The notes beneath the pieces are model-generated. The model was not told the origin of the DNA and ran no database searches. It saw only the letters and a program-made list of their open reading frames with translations. From Styela clava (lineage: Eukaryota): 64,000 nt of DNA. Below, piece after piece: positions 38,234 through 48,996 of the stretch. The stretch covers positions 19,468,001 through 19,532,000 of the forward strand of contig NC_135263.1 of NCBI RefSeq assembly GCF_964204865.1, read 5' to 3'. Within the stretch, counting starts at the first letter, position 1; each line of letters starts with the position of its first letter. A program made the translations under genes and the position numbers.

Positions 38234-40478
38234 AAAAATGAAATAGGGCGTTGATTTTGAAATTTTTGTCAATATATTTTATTTCTGTTACAACTTTCTA
38301 CTTATGTACAGCATACTGAACTGAAAGTATAAATAAGTTCATGACGATATATTGCATATTCTGTTTATAGTTGTAAATATTTTTACACTTTCTGTTTACT
38401 TCTCGATAGTTCACATTATAACTGGTTGTGGCATAATAGTTAGCGCAAGATATTCTAACGTTATGTTTTGATTGTTTGATATTGATTGTCTCTCGACTGA
38501 ACTTTGATGTGAATACATTCTTGGTATGTTCCCACTGAGTAAAGAAAGTAAAAAATTCAGATACCTATTATAGAAAGGAGAATCCATGCAGTAAATCGAT
38601 TTTTCGGGGTAATCTTTGAATGATCTCTCCAACGTTAGTTGAAAAAAGTATAAAATAAAGAATGCTGATAAACTATCAGGAAATATATGGAGAAAAACTC
38701 TTTCATATTTGTAAAAATGACGTTCCGATTAATATGAACATAGTTAATTAGGAAGACTTTCCATACGCAGGCAAATAGAATGTAGAAATAGTGAAAGACG
38801 ACAAGACGCAGGTAACTTTACTCAGAGATGATTCTACTACTAAGCAAGTGCGCATGGCTTTGTTTTGAGTAATTTCACTGAAAAGATTGCCACGTCATCC
38901 GAATAAACAAAGCGGCTGGTTTAATTAACTCGGACACCATCCATATGTATAATGTCTTCATAACCTGCATAAGAAATAAGAAACCGGGACAGTGCAGATT
39001 GGGCAAACTTTGGTTTGTTGCAAGGGTTAGTAATATTGAAACCTGTTCTTCCACGCCATTGCGGTTGATACCGGACATCATAGTATTTAAAGAAAGTTCA
39101 TTAAATATCTACTGCTCTACAAAGTAGAAAAACCCTTCGTCTTTTTACGCCTCAAGAGTTGGTGTTGCGATTTATCCTCTTCATTTTAAATTATTTTGAT
39201 TGAGAACAGAGAGAAAATATTCAATGAATATTTCGACGGTTTTCCCCGGGTAGAGATTTAAAACCTAAAAGTATTATCGCACACTAACATTCAGTAAACA
39301 ACAGCGAACCACAACGGGAACAAGCTTTATATCTTCCTATAGCATCTATATGATTACTGATATGAAACTAGTTGGAAGTAAATCGCCGTGAACTCCAGAG
39401 GAGAACAGCGGAGCAATGCAATCACCCACTCGCATCTAGTTTCGGCTAATGCAAACTTAGGCTAACAAAATCTTGATATTAATATGGATATGCAGCTAAA
39501 ATGTGCCCATGAATAGCCTTTAATGTCGTTTTCGTGGTTGCGTTATCCCGACTTAAATGGGACGTATGGTAAGCCTAGATATACATCATCAATCAAACAT
39601 GAATGAATCGTGGTTTGCTATAAAAAAAACGGCGCTCCCGAAGATGGCGCACAACTGAACCCTAAACTGGTACACATACTATGTTCGGGTTGTGCGCCAT
39701 TGCAGTTGTTTGGCACTACTTATATCATATCGCACATCATCTACGATGTCAAATCTTCATTGAGTAATATAACATTAAACGTCTGTAAAAACTTTAACAT
39801 TAAGTTAAGTTCTTTTTGAATAGCCACCGTACGCGAAGCAATGTTGTGTGAAGCATGAGCAGTGGAAATGAAAGCCACAGAAGAAAACCCAAACAACTAG
39901 CATATCACAATCTAAGCAAACACGATAACAATGATCAATATATGGACGAAGGTTCAATGAGTAACCCCAGCTACCTAATAGTTTCTGCCAAAAGAATATA
40001 TTACATTTACTTTTCTATTTCAAAACGAAACTATTTACCGTGTCATTATAGATGTGGAAGCGCGGAAGAGGTTTTTAACTGCACTTGCTTTGACATAGCT
40101 AAATTTATATTTGTCCAAAAACAAATTTACTTACCAAAAATAGAAAAAGGAAACAGTTTCCGTCCCCTTCTGATTTCTCGGACACCGTACGAAGCAACTG
40201 ACCGAAAGCGATGTAAGAGCGTTCACGATTAACGTGATAAAACAGGGCTCACGCGAATAAAAACAGAAAAATTTTGGGTCAAAATTACAAATAATTATCT
40301 TTTGGCGCATTTTTTTGCACCGATGAAGTTGCCATAACAGCAACAACGAAACTAACAACAGCAACAATAGTTTGGAAAAACGATCCGTATTGTCGATTCA
40401 TGTTCAACAATTAACAACTAACCCTAATCAAAATTGAACCACGATTGGTTGTCGGTTGTCTACTTTGTACATCTAGAA

Positions 40479-40770
40479 CAGTGGTTTTCAAACGTTCTAA
40501 GCCGCGTCCCCCTTTTAGACTAACTAGCTAACAATGAGCTACAATTAACAAATAGTAAGCCGGGAGTATGTTATATTCAAAAATACGTTGAAAGTGCGTG
40601 GATGGAACGTAGATAATGAAATAAATGAAAAGTTTTGAAATATTAATGTACAAAATAAGGCGGACAAAATCAAATCCAACAAATACTTTCATTTTTAATT
40701 AGCTTCATGCCCTCTCAAAAATTGTCTGCGTCCCCTTTGTGGGACGCGTCCCACCGTTTGAAAATCACTG
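40479..40770. mobile_element. hAT Buster/Charlie-like MITE
   Basis: TIR CAGTGGTTTTCAAACG / CGTTTGAAAATCACTG; TSD ATCTAGAA/ATCTATAA. Confidence 0.85.
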
Positions 40771-41246
40771 ATCTATAACTTCATGAACACACAATTTTGT
40801 GCGACGGCGGATATGTATTTAGTATTATTGGGCCACATACTGATCGTCGTTTATGTAAATACCCTCTATAGTTCTCATTAGGGTACAAACAATAGGAATT
40901 CCCGGCCAAGAGTTCTAATCGAGGTAAATAAACAAGTACATGTAGCCATATTAGCGAGTGGCTATTATTATCATTGAAGATTTTATTATGAAACCGATGA
41001 ACAGCAAAAATGAAATTATGCAAGTGATGTACTCAATAGAACATCATCCAACAATAAAGTTGGAAGTTTAAAAGAATTTGTCGTATCAAAACAACGACAC
41101 GAAGGAATTGGAAACAAATAAAACGTTGTCAATAGGTAAAACAAATAAATTAATGCTGATCTCATTTCAGCAAGAGATCAGTGATGATGGGTAAGGCAAT
41201 TTGGACACAAAATCCCTACTCATGATGAAGTATCATCACACATACG

Positions 41247-41433
41247 TGTGGTGTTAGTATTTCTTTACAGTGTAATTATTAGATAAACAATGTACTCTTG
41301 ATTGCTCTGGTTCTGTCGTACTGCACACTTTACTGTTTGCGTGTTATTCTATTGTTTACAGTGTTAAGTTGTGGTAGTGGTGTTCTTATGTTTAATAAAG
41401 CCTAGAATCGGTATCCTGTTATCTTTCATAACA
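41247..41433 (+). repeat. 5' LTR
   Basis: TGTGGTG...CATAACA, identical to 45188-45374; AATAAA at 41394-41399. Confidence 0.96.
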
Positions 41434-41434
41434 A

Positions 41435-41448
41435 TTTATTAAACATAA
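41435..41448 (+). promoter_or_regulatory. Non-tRNA primer-binding site complementary to the element's own LTR
   Basis: TTTATTAAACATAA is the exact reverse complement of LTR 41386-41399 (TTATGTTTAATAAA); no TGG follows the LTR. Confidence 0.7.
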
Positions 41449-41466
41449 CTTAACGAACCAACCACA

Positions 41467-44400
41467 ATGGATAAAGTTTTAAAGCCTGAGAAACTAGACA
41501 CAGATCCTGATACACGTGACGCGGAATGCGAATGGCTGCATTGGCAAAAGACATTCGAAAATTTCTTGGAAGCTTTACCCACTGAAGGTCTGGATAAATT
41601 GAGAGTATTAACAAACTATGTGTCTCCGAGAACTTATAGATATATTAGAAATATCACAACTTATAATGAAGCCATAGATACGCTGAAAGGGATTTTTGTA
41701 CAGCCAAAGAATGAAATATATGCACGTCATATGTTGGCCACGCGATCCCAACAAATTTCTGAGTCAGTTGCTGAATATTTAAGAGCATTGACAGAATTGA
41801 GCAAAGATTGTAACTTTCAGAACGTATCTGCTAAAGAATACCAGAATGAATATATTCGGGACTCTTTTACACGTGGCTTGAATTCCAGTTGGATACGCCA
41901 ACGACTGCTGGAGAATAAGAAATTGACACTGGACGAAATGGTTGATCAAGCCAAATCATTGGAAACTGCCGTTCGAAATTCACAATCTTATGCTATAAAC
42001 GAAAACGCTTCCGTCGGAGCAGCACCTTCAACGATACAATCTAACAATTTCGATGTTGGATCGGTGCCAGATAATGCAGCGATGACTATTAGAAGTAAAT
42101 GCTTTTTCTGTGGTAATAGTAGACACCCACGATCGAAATGCCCAGCTCGGGAAGTAGTCTGTTTCAAGTGTCAAAAGAAAGGACATTTTGCAAAGGTCTG
42201 TCGCGGAAGAACTATTTCGAACAATGACTCCAGCAGTCGCATTGACATTTCAGCAATGATACCACATTCAACATTAGCTACTATTCATGACAAATCTTAT
42301 ACTCATGTTGGATACGTTCCGTCTACATTACGACAAGCCACAGCCTTGGTAGAAGTCGGTCAACGAAAAGTACGAGCTTTGTTCGACAGTGGTAGTACGG
42401 AAAATTATATTCACCCAAGGCTGGTAAAATCTCTTAGGCTCAACGTTCGTCCGACAAAGAATGTCATTTCCATGGCATCGTCTAAATGTTCAGTAGAAGT
42501 TCTTGGATGTACTGAAATGGATTTATACTATAATAATCATAAATATTGCGGAGTTAAGTTTGGTGTAATCGACAGCTTATGCGCTGATATGATCCTCGGA
42601 CTCAATTTCCAAACCCTGCATAAAAGTGTAAGATTTCACTACGGTGGTAAAAAACCTGAATTATCAATTTGTGGTTTCTCGTCATTGAAAATAACCCCAC
42701 CTGAACCATTCAAACATTTAACTGCGGACTGTCATCCAATCGCCACTAAATCGAGAAGATATTCACACGAAGATAGATTATTCATTCGAGACGAAGTAGC
42801 AAGACTTCAGCGAGAAGGAATTATCGAAACATGCCTTTCGCCATGGAGAGCTCAAGTCGTTGTGGTTAAAGCAGAAAATCGAAAGAAACGTTTGGCAATT
42901 GATTACTCGCAAACTATTAACAAGTTCACTTTATTGGACGCTTTCCCATTGCCAAACATTTCAGAGTTAGTGAATGAAATCGCACAATATCGAGTTTTTA
43001 GTACTGTTGATCTCACTAGCGCTTATCATCAAGTTCCACTGAAACACCAAGACAGAGAGTTTACCGCGTTTGAAGCCGAGGGAAATTTATACCAATTCAC
43101 AAGGCTGCCTTTCGGAATCACAAACGGGGTCTCTTGTTTTCAGCGGATAATGAAGCAGCTCGTGAAAGAAGAACAACTGCGAAGAGTTTTTCCATATTTG
43201 GATAACATAACTATTTGTGGAATGACTAAAGAGGATCACGACAAAAACCTGGCTGCTTTCCTGGAATCTGCAAAACAACGAGGATTGATTTTTAATGAAT
43301 CAAAAAGTATATGGACTACTCGAACATTGCCGATTTTAGGATATCAAATTGCTGAAGGTGAAATTCGTCCAGATCCCGAAAGATTAAAACCTTTACGCCA
43401 ACTTCCAATACCATCAAATTCTAAAGAATTGAGCAGATGCATGGGATTCTTTTCATACTATTCTAGATGGATTCCAAACTTCTCAAATAGAATCAGATCA
43501 TTAACAAAATCGACCTCTTTTCCTCTTACTGACACTGCTATTGGAGCTTTTTATGAACTAAAACAGTTAATAGAAAATGCTGTTCTCATTGCCGTTGATG
43601 AAAATATTCCATTTGAATTGGAAACTGATGCTTCAGATATTGCTATAGCAGCGACATTAAATCAATCTGGTCGTCCCGTGGCATTTTTTTCACGTACATT
43701 ACACGGCTCTGAACTTAAACACCCTTCGGTCGAAAAAGAAGCTATGGCCATAGTTGAAGCAGTACGACATTGGCGTCACTTTTTAACAGGAAGACGTTTC
43801 ATCATGAAAACAGATCAGAAAAGTGTCTCTTACATGTTTGATTTGCGCCACAAAGGTAAAATCAAAAATGAAAAAATAACAAGATGGAGAATTGAGCTAT
43901 CCGGTTACTCTTTCGATATCGCATACAAACCAGGCAAAGACAATGTTGCACCAGACACTCTATCGAGGATTTCATGCGCTCTTCCTTCTACTAATATCCT
44001 CACTAAATTACATGATGCATTATGCCATCCAGGTATATCTAGATTCGCTCATTTTGTTAAGGTCCGTAATTTACCTTATTCGACTGAAGACGTTAAGCGA
44101 ACTGTCTTGAATTGCCGTGTATGCAGAGAGATAAAACCTAAATACTATCGGCCTGAAGTAGGAACTCTTGTGAAAGCGACTCAGCCCTTTGAACGTTTAA
44201 GTATTGACTTCAAGGGACCTCTTCCGTCGAACAATCGCAACAAATATTTTCTCTGCGTAATTGACGAGTTTTCACGATTTCCCTTCGCTATTCCAACACC
44301 TGATGTTTCGACCGCCAGTGTCATAAAAAGTCTAACTCCATTGTTCGCTGTATTTGGAATGCCTGCTTACATACATACTGATCGTGGTTCGGCTTTCATG

Positions 44401-45141
44401 AGTTGTGAGTTTAAAAGATTTTTGCAAGAAAAGGGTGTGTCTCACAGTAGAACAACTCCTTACAATCCTTCGGCGAATGGTCAAGTAGAAAGGTGCAATG
44501 GTACAATTTGGAAGGGAATAAAACTTGCTTTAATGTCAAAAGGTTTGCCAATTGAATGTTGGCAAGACGTTCTATTAGATGTTTTGCATTCCATCAGATC
44601 ACTATTGTGTACTGCAACAAATGCAACACCACATGAACGGTTGTTCAATTTTGCAAGAAGATCTACCACAGGATATGCCGTTCCAACGTGGCTGACAAAT
44701 TCTAAAATTGTTCTTCTCAAGAGACAGATTAGAAGAAACAAATCTGATCCATACGTCGATGAAGTGGAACTTCTAGATGCGAACAGACATTACGCTCATA
44801 TTCGGTATTCAGATGGTAAAACCTCAACAGTATCAACAAAGCATCTTGCACCGTGTGGTGATGGTACGTCGTTTGGAAGTGAAAATAATGGAAGTTCCTC
44901 CGATAATCAACATTCTCAATTACCTGTAAAGCAGGCTGATACAGCAGATTCCGACTATGTACCAAAAATATCGCATCCCGTTATCAACCAATCAGAAATT
45001 CAAGAAGGGGAAGAAAAGTCAAATATTCCTGGTGATGATGAAAAACGCGAAACATCCCCAATGAAGAAGATAGACACCCCGGCTCCTAGGCGTTCTACTA
45101 GAGAAAAACGTCCAATTGATCGTTTACATTACTATGAGTGA
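41467..45141 (+). CDS. Gag-Pol polyprotein (1224 aa): gag with 2 CCHC knuckles, protease, RT, RNase H, integrase
   Basis: CFFCGNSRHPRSKC and CFKCQKKGHFAKVC; LFDSGS; DLTSAYHQ, LPFG, YLDN; TDASD, EKEA, TDQK; HHCC and DDE integrase motifs; PR-RT-RH-IN order; no chromodomain or env. Confidence 0.96.
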   Translation: MDKVLKPEKLDTDPDTRDAECEWLHWQKTFENFLEALPTEGLDKLRVLTNYVSPRTYRYIRNITTYNEAIDTLKGIFVQPKNEIYARHMLATRSQQISESVAEYLRALTELSKDCNFQNVSAKEYQNEYIRDSFTRGLNSSWIRQRLLENKKLTLDEMVDQAKSLETAVRNSQSYAINENASVGAAPSTIQSNNFDVGSVPDNAAMTIRSKCFFCGNSRHPRSKCPAREVVCFKCQKKGHFAKVCRGRTISNNDSSSRIDISAMIPHSTLATIHDKSYTHVGYVPSTLRQATALVEVGQRKVRALFDSGSTENYIHPRLVKSLRLNVRPTKNVISMASSKCSVEVLGCTEMDLYYNNHKYCGVKFGVIDSLCADMILGLNFQTLHKSVRFHYGGKKPELSICGFSSLKITPPEPFKHLTADCHPIATKSRRYSHEDRLFIRDEVARLQREGIIETCLSPWRAQVVVVKAENRKKRLAIDYSQTINKFTLLDAFPLPNISELVNEIAQYRVFSTVDLTSAYHQVPLKHQDREFTAFEAEGNLYQFTRLPFGITNGVSCFQRIMKQLVKEEQLRRVFPYLDNITICGMTKEDHDKNLAAFLESAKQRGLIFNESKSIWTTRTLPILGYQIAEGEIRPDPERLKPLRQLPIPSNSKELSRCMGFFSYYSRWIPNFSNRIRSLTKSTSFPLTDTAIGAFYELKQLIENAVLIAVDENIPFELETDASDIAIAATLNQSGRPVAFFSRTLHGSELKHPSVEKEAMAIVEAVRHWRHFLTGRRFIMKTDQKSVSYMFDLRHKGKIKNEKITRWRIELSGYSFDIAYKPGKDNVAPDTLSRISCALPSTNILTKLHDALCHPGISRFAHFVKVRNLPYSTEDVKRTVLNCRVCREIKPKYYRPEVGTLVKATQPFERLSIDFKGPLPSNNRNKYFLCVIDEFSRFPFAIPTPDVSTASVIKSLTPLFAVFGMPAYIHTDRGSAFMSCEFKRFLQEKGVSHSRTTPYNPSANGQVERCNGTIWKGIKLALMSKGLPIECWQDVLLDVLHSIRSLLCTATNATPHERLFNFARRSTTGYAVPTWLTNSKIVLLKRQIRRNKSDPYVDEVELLDANRHYAHIRYSDGKTSTVSTKHLAPCGDGTSFGSENNGSSSDNQHSQLPVKQADTADSDYVPKISHPVINQSEIQEGEEKSNIPGDDEKRETSPMKKIDTPAPRRSTREKRPIDRLHYYE

Positions 45142-45174
45142 AATGTTTATTAAACTTTTGTTAAATAATCTTTT

Positions 45175-45186
45175 AGGAGGGGGAAA
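45175..45186 (+). promoter_or_regulatory. Polypurine tract
   Basis: AGGAGGGGGAAA ending 1 nt before the 3' LTR. Confidence 0.9.
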
Positions 45187-45187
45187 T

Positions 45188-45374
45188 TGTGGTGTTAGTA
45201 TTTCTTTACAGTGTAATTATTAGATAAACAATGTACTCTTGATTGCTCTGGTTCTGTCGTACTGCACACTTTACTGTTTGCGTGTTATTCTATTGTTTAC
45301 AGTGTTAAGTTGTGGTAGTGGTGTTCTTATGTTTAATAAAGCCTAGAATCGGTATCCTGTTATCTTTCATAACA
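45188..45374 (+). repeat. 3' LTR
   Basis: Identical to the 5' LTR. Confidence 0.96.
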
Positions 45375-45900
45375 ATACGTGATACTTCGCTCGACAGAGA
45401 CTTATCCAAATCAATCAGAGCAAAATTCATCTAGTAGAGCATTTCTAAACCCAGTCAAAATTGGAATAAAATAACGGGTTTACGAATCTAAGAGAAGGAA
45501 GAAAATATATTTTCACCACGAGATTATTAAAATCAATCAGAGTAAAATTCACCAACAGATTTTTGCCTCAACAACATTATTTTTTATGTTAGGTGAACTA
45601 TCACTGAAAGATTCTGTTTCTCGTTCAAAGGATTTCCTTAACTGATGTGATACTTCAGGATACATCAATTTAAGTTGTTGTATGAGGTGATTGTGTCTTT
45701 TGTCTTTAAACTCATCTGCGAAAAAATATGAAATAATAAATTTGATAAAATGCACGGTATAATTAAGTATTATTATGTGTATTTTGTACATGTAAATGTA
45801 TTTGTCTACACGACAGGTGACAAACTTTGTAGCGTTACTTAATGACCAAGAGCCTTCCAAAAATTTGGTCTGTGTTACGGACTGCTAATAATCAAATTTC

Positions 45901-46010
45901 GGACCTCCAGAAGTATGTGCACCCAGATGTCGCACAACTTGAACATAGTATGTGTACCAGGTAAGAGTTCAGGTGGTGCGCCAACTTGGTACACATACTT
46001 CGGGAGCGCC
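45901..46010. mobile_element. 110-bp Merlin-like MITE
   Basis: GGACCTCCAGAAGTATGTG / CACATACTTCGGGAGCGCC; perfect 8-bp TSD CAAATTTC. Confidence 0.85.
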
Positions 46011-46172
46011 CAAATTTCATTTTGTAATCAATTTGTTTACGGGATAGTGTCGCAATCTCGTTGCGCGATTTTTTGCTGTGTTTACTCCTATGATGTCACA
46101 TCGAGAAGTTTTAGACTTGCCGATGTCGGTATGTGTCTTTGATTATCGAGACCTATTTTTGCTGACTGTAAC

Positions 46173-46801
46173 CAGGGCTGCCACTTTAGATGTTTTATAG
46201 CCAAATCTAGATGTTTTGTTCAAGATCTAGATGTAAAATTTGGAGTCTAGATGTTAGCTAGAAAATCGAGATTTTTTTTTCAACGTTCTAAATATTATCC
46301 AGTGGGAAATAAAAGCTATGTGTAAAAGCTATGTGAAATAAAAGCTATGTGTATAATTCTTACACGAATAGTATTTAGAATTAGATGTAAGGTTGATAAA
46401 ACTTGAATCATATGCCTGGTATGAAATCCAAGAGATTTTTATCACAAAACTGGAGAGAGCAATATTACTGTATAAAGTATATTATGCCAAAGTTTTTTTT
46501 TTATCTTCAGTATCTCACATAAACAGCTGAAACTGAGATTACTTTCAAATTTGACTGTTTCGGTTTCAAAAAAAGATGTACAGCAGAAACATAAAACTCC
46601 CTCTGAAGCAATTGTAGCAACAACATCAACTTCAAATGATCTCCGAAATCTACTATGATGTAATTGTAATATAATGAACTATTTGTATTCTCTTATTTTG
46701 TTTATTTTTATTAAATTTAGTAACTTTATATTTAGATATATTTTTTGGATTTTTTTGTTTTTCAATCTAGATGTTTTATTCAGAAAGAAGTGGCAACCCT
46801 G
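46173..46801. mobile_element. hAT MITE
   Basis: TIR CAGGGCTGCCACT / AGTGGCAACCCTG; perfect TSD ACTGTAAC; TCTAGATG subterminal repeats. Confidence 0.88.
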
Positions 46802-46873
46802 ACTGTAACCATTGTAAAGAGGATTCTTTGAATATCTTGTAATGTGGTGTGTTGCGTATTACTTAGTTTAGTT

Positions 46874-47874
46874 CCGAGTGGTCCAAACCCAGGCCCGCAG
46901 GCCACATGTGGCCCGCAGCTTCATCATCTGTGGCCCGCGCCGTATTCGGGAAGAAATCAAAAAAATCGCATTTGATGTTGTTTCGTCATGAAACTGATCA
47001 GAAAAATCTTTCGACATATTGTTACATCACTAAAGTCACTGAATTGACTAGTGTTATAGCTAGCTGAGGCAACTAGCGAAGTTGAATGATATGCTTGGCA
47101 GTCTAAATTGTTATCTGGCTTTCTACATTTTTGGTCGGGAATATGTGCTAACAATTTTGGCATCATAGAAAACTAAAAATAGAATGCGGGTTTTGTTAGC
47201 CTAGGTTGGCTATCCCTGATAAGTAAATATTAATGATATGGCCTAACAATATAATTCATGGCGGGTGTTTTTTGCAAACAGCCTAAACAGTATTACTAAA
47301 AATGCTGCCTAAATGTCAGAAAATTTAGTAATTACCCTCGCGATGCCTCACATTTGATAATCAATTAATCTGCAGTTATGTATGGGTTATTTTGTAAACA
47401 TAAGTTTGAAAAGAAATCTGACGAATTCAAACAGGTTTTTAACTGGATGTGGGAGGGAAAATACCACAATGCTTGCTTGATATATCGTCAAGTTGTGTCG
47501 GTGACAAAAGAATATAATCTAAAACGGCATTTTAGAATCTTCTGAACTATGAGCATTTTCCATCAAAGTTGAGATTTTGCTTTGAAAATCTTATCGATGT
47601 TCGAAAGCACTAAAATTTGCGCAAGCACTCTCTCCGTTATGCAGAGTTCGAAAATCTTACACTAAATGTAGATATAGAAAGACTTTTGCAGGTTTTGGTA
47701 AGTTTTTTTTTTTCTATGTTTCAGCTTGATAAAGGACGAATGATGATCAATATGTTTGCAAAATAAAAGTGTTTGTTTTGTATCGTACTGTTTATCTATT
47801 CTTGGCACAATTGTGGCCCGCGAAAAATGCAAAAATAATTTTGTCCCCGGAGCCGACAATCTTGGACCACTCTG
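46874..47874 (+). mobile_element. Buster/Charlie-type hAT deletion derivative
   Basis: Termini CCGAGTGGTCCAA / TTGGACCACTCTG; perfect TSD GTTTAGTT; remnant VTKEYNLKRHF near 47500-47533. Confidence 0.85.
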
Positions 47875-48389
47875 GTTTAGTTACTGTGACCGTTAGACTT
47901 TGTTTAGTTGTTAGGGCTATTGCATTTAGATCAATTATGTTTATGACTAGGGTAGGAATTATTGCTCGACCGAATGATTTAAGGTGTTCACTTTTGTAAA
48001 ACCCACCTGTTACCGGTTCCCCGTTACGGTACCAGTTACTCGTTAACCGGACGTTCCATATTTGTTCTCAGGGCGCTCTTTACGCCTGCACCCTGCACGT
48101 TACCTATCCGTTTACTACTATTATTTCTGGATTTACTACCTGATAATTAATTTTCAACATTGCCATTTAACGTGTTTTGGAACCTTTTCAATATAAGTTT
48201 TAAATTAATTGAAATTGTTCGACAGTGTGGAACTGGGGAGGGATTTGCCAGGGTTCAACTTACTGACTTAGAAAGTATCAAGGTATTGCTGTTTGTACCA
48301 AGCAAAAGGTTTGAAGTCTACAGTACGCTGAAGTCGAAACGCTAGAACTCTAGTCTCAATCTTCAACAGTCTGTGGCGGCCAAAATATA

Positions 48390-48639
48390 ATTTACATATT
48401 CATCCTGGGGGAGAGGAAATCTGTTAAGACGGCTTAATCATATGGCGAACAACGGATTAGTTAGCCAGTTATTTTGTTTTCAGATGCATGGACTTGATGG
48501 TGGAGGAAGCCGTAACCGACCAGCGCTTACATGAACCACCCTGCGGCGAGGAGGGTGAGTCCAGCAATCCTCTCGCACATAATTATCCCTGACGGGATTC
48601 GAACCTGCGAACCCACGAAGGGTCGCCACATCGCCGAGT
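48390..48639 (-). mobile_element. SINE with an intact B box
   Basis: GGGATTCGAACC at 48594-48605 reads GGTTCGAATCCC on the minus strand; body matches the other copies. Confidence 0.75.
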
Positions 48640-48996
48640 CATAAATATATAATAAAATAGACTGCAGTCCTTTGATCTTTATTTAGTTAGACGGAGCTAA
48701 TAGGTTTCTCAATTACTTCCGTTTAAATTGTTTGATTTTGTTAATACTGGAACTTCTGTCGTACATGACTGCACCCCATAGTTTTATAAATCTAGGACGT
48801 TTTACACAAAATTTATGTTTTCTCTAGAATATGTTCCAAATCATCCCCTATCAATAGAGAGAGACTAGTATCCGTTGCGCAAATCATTGTCAATCATTCA
48901 CTCAGATTTCTGCTGAATCGCACTTTCTGCTGTATAAGCATGTCAATATAAAAAAATGATTACCTGGGTACAACCCCTCCGAAGAAGGTCTTACAG

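Larger units (their letters stand above)
41247..45374 (+). mobile_element. Full-length Ty3/Gypsy LTR retrotransposon, Mag-like
   Basis: Two identical 187-bp TG...CA LTRs; 5-bp TSD ATACG (41242-41246 and 45375-45379); polypurine tract; intact gag-pol ORF. Confidence 0.97.

Noticed and set aside
48590-48639. tRNA gene suggested by the B box
   Set aside because: No full cloverleaf; it is the head of a repeated SINE
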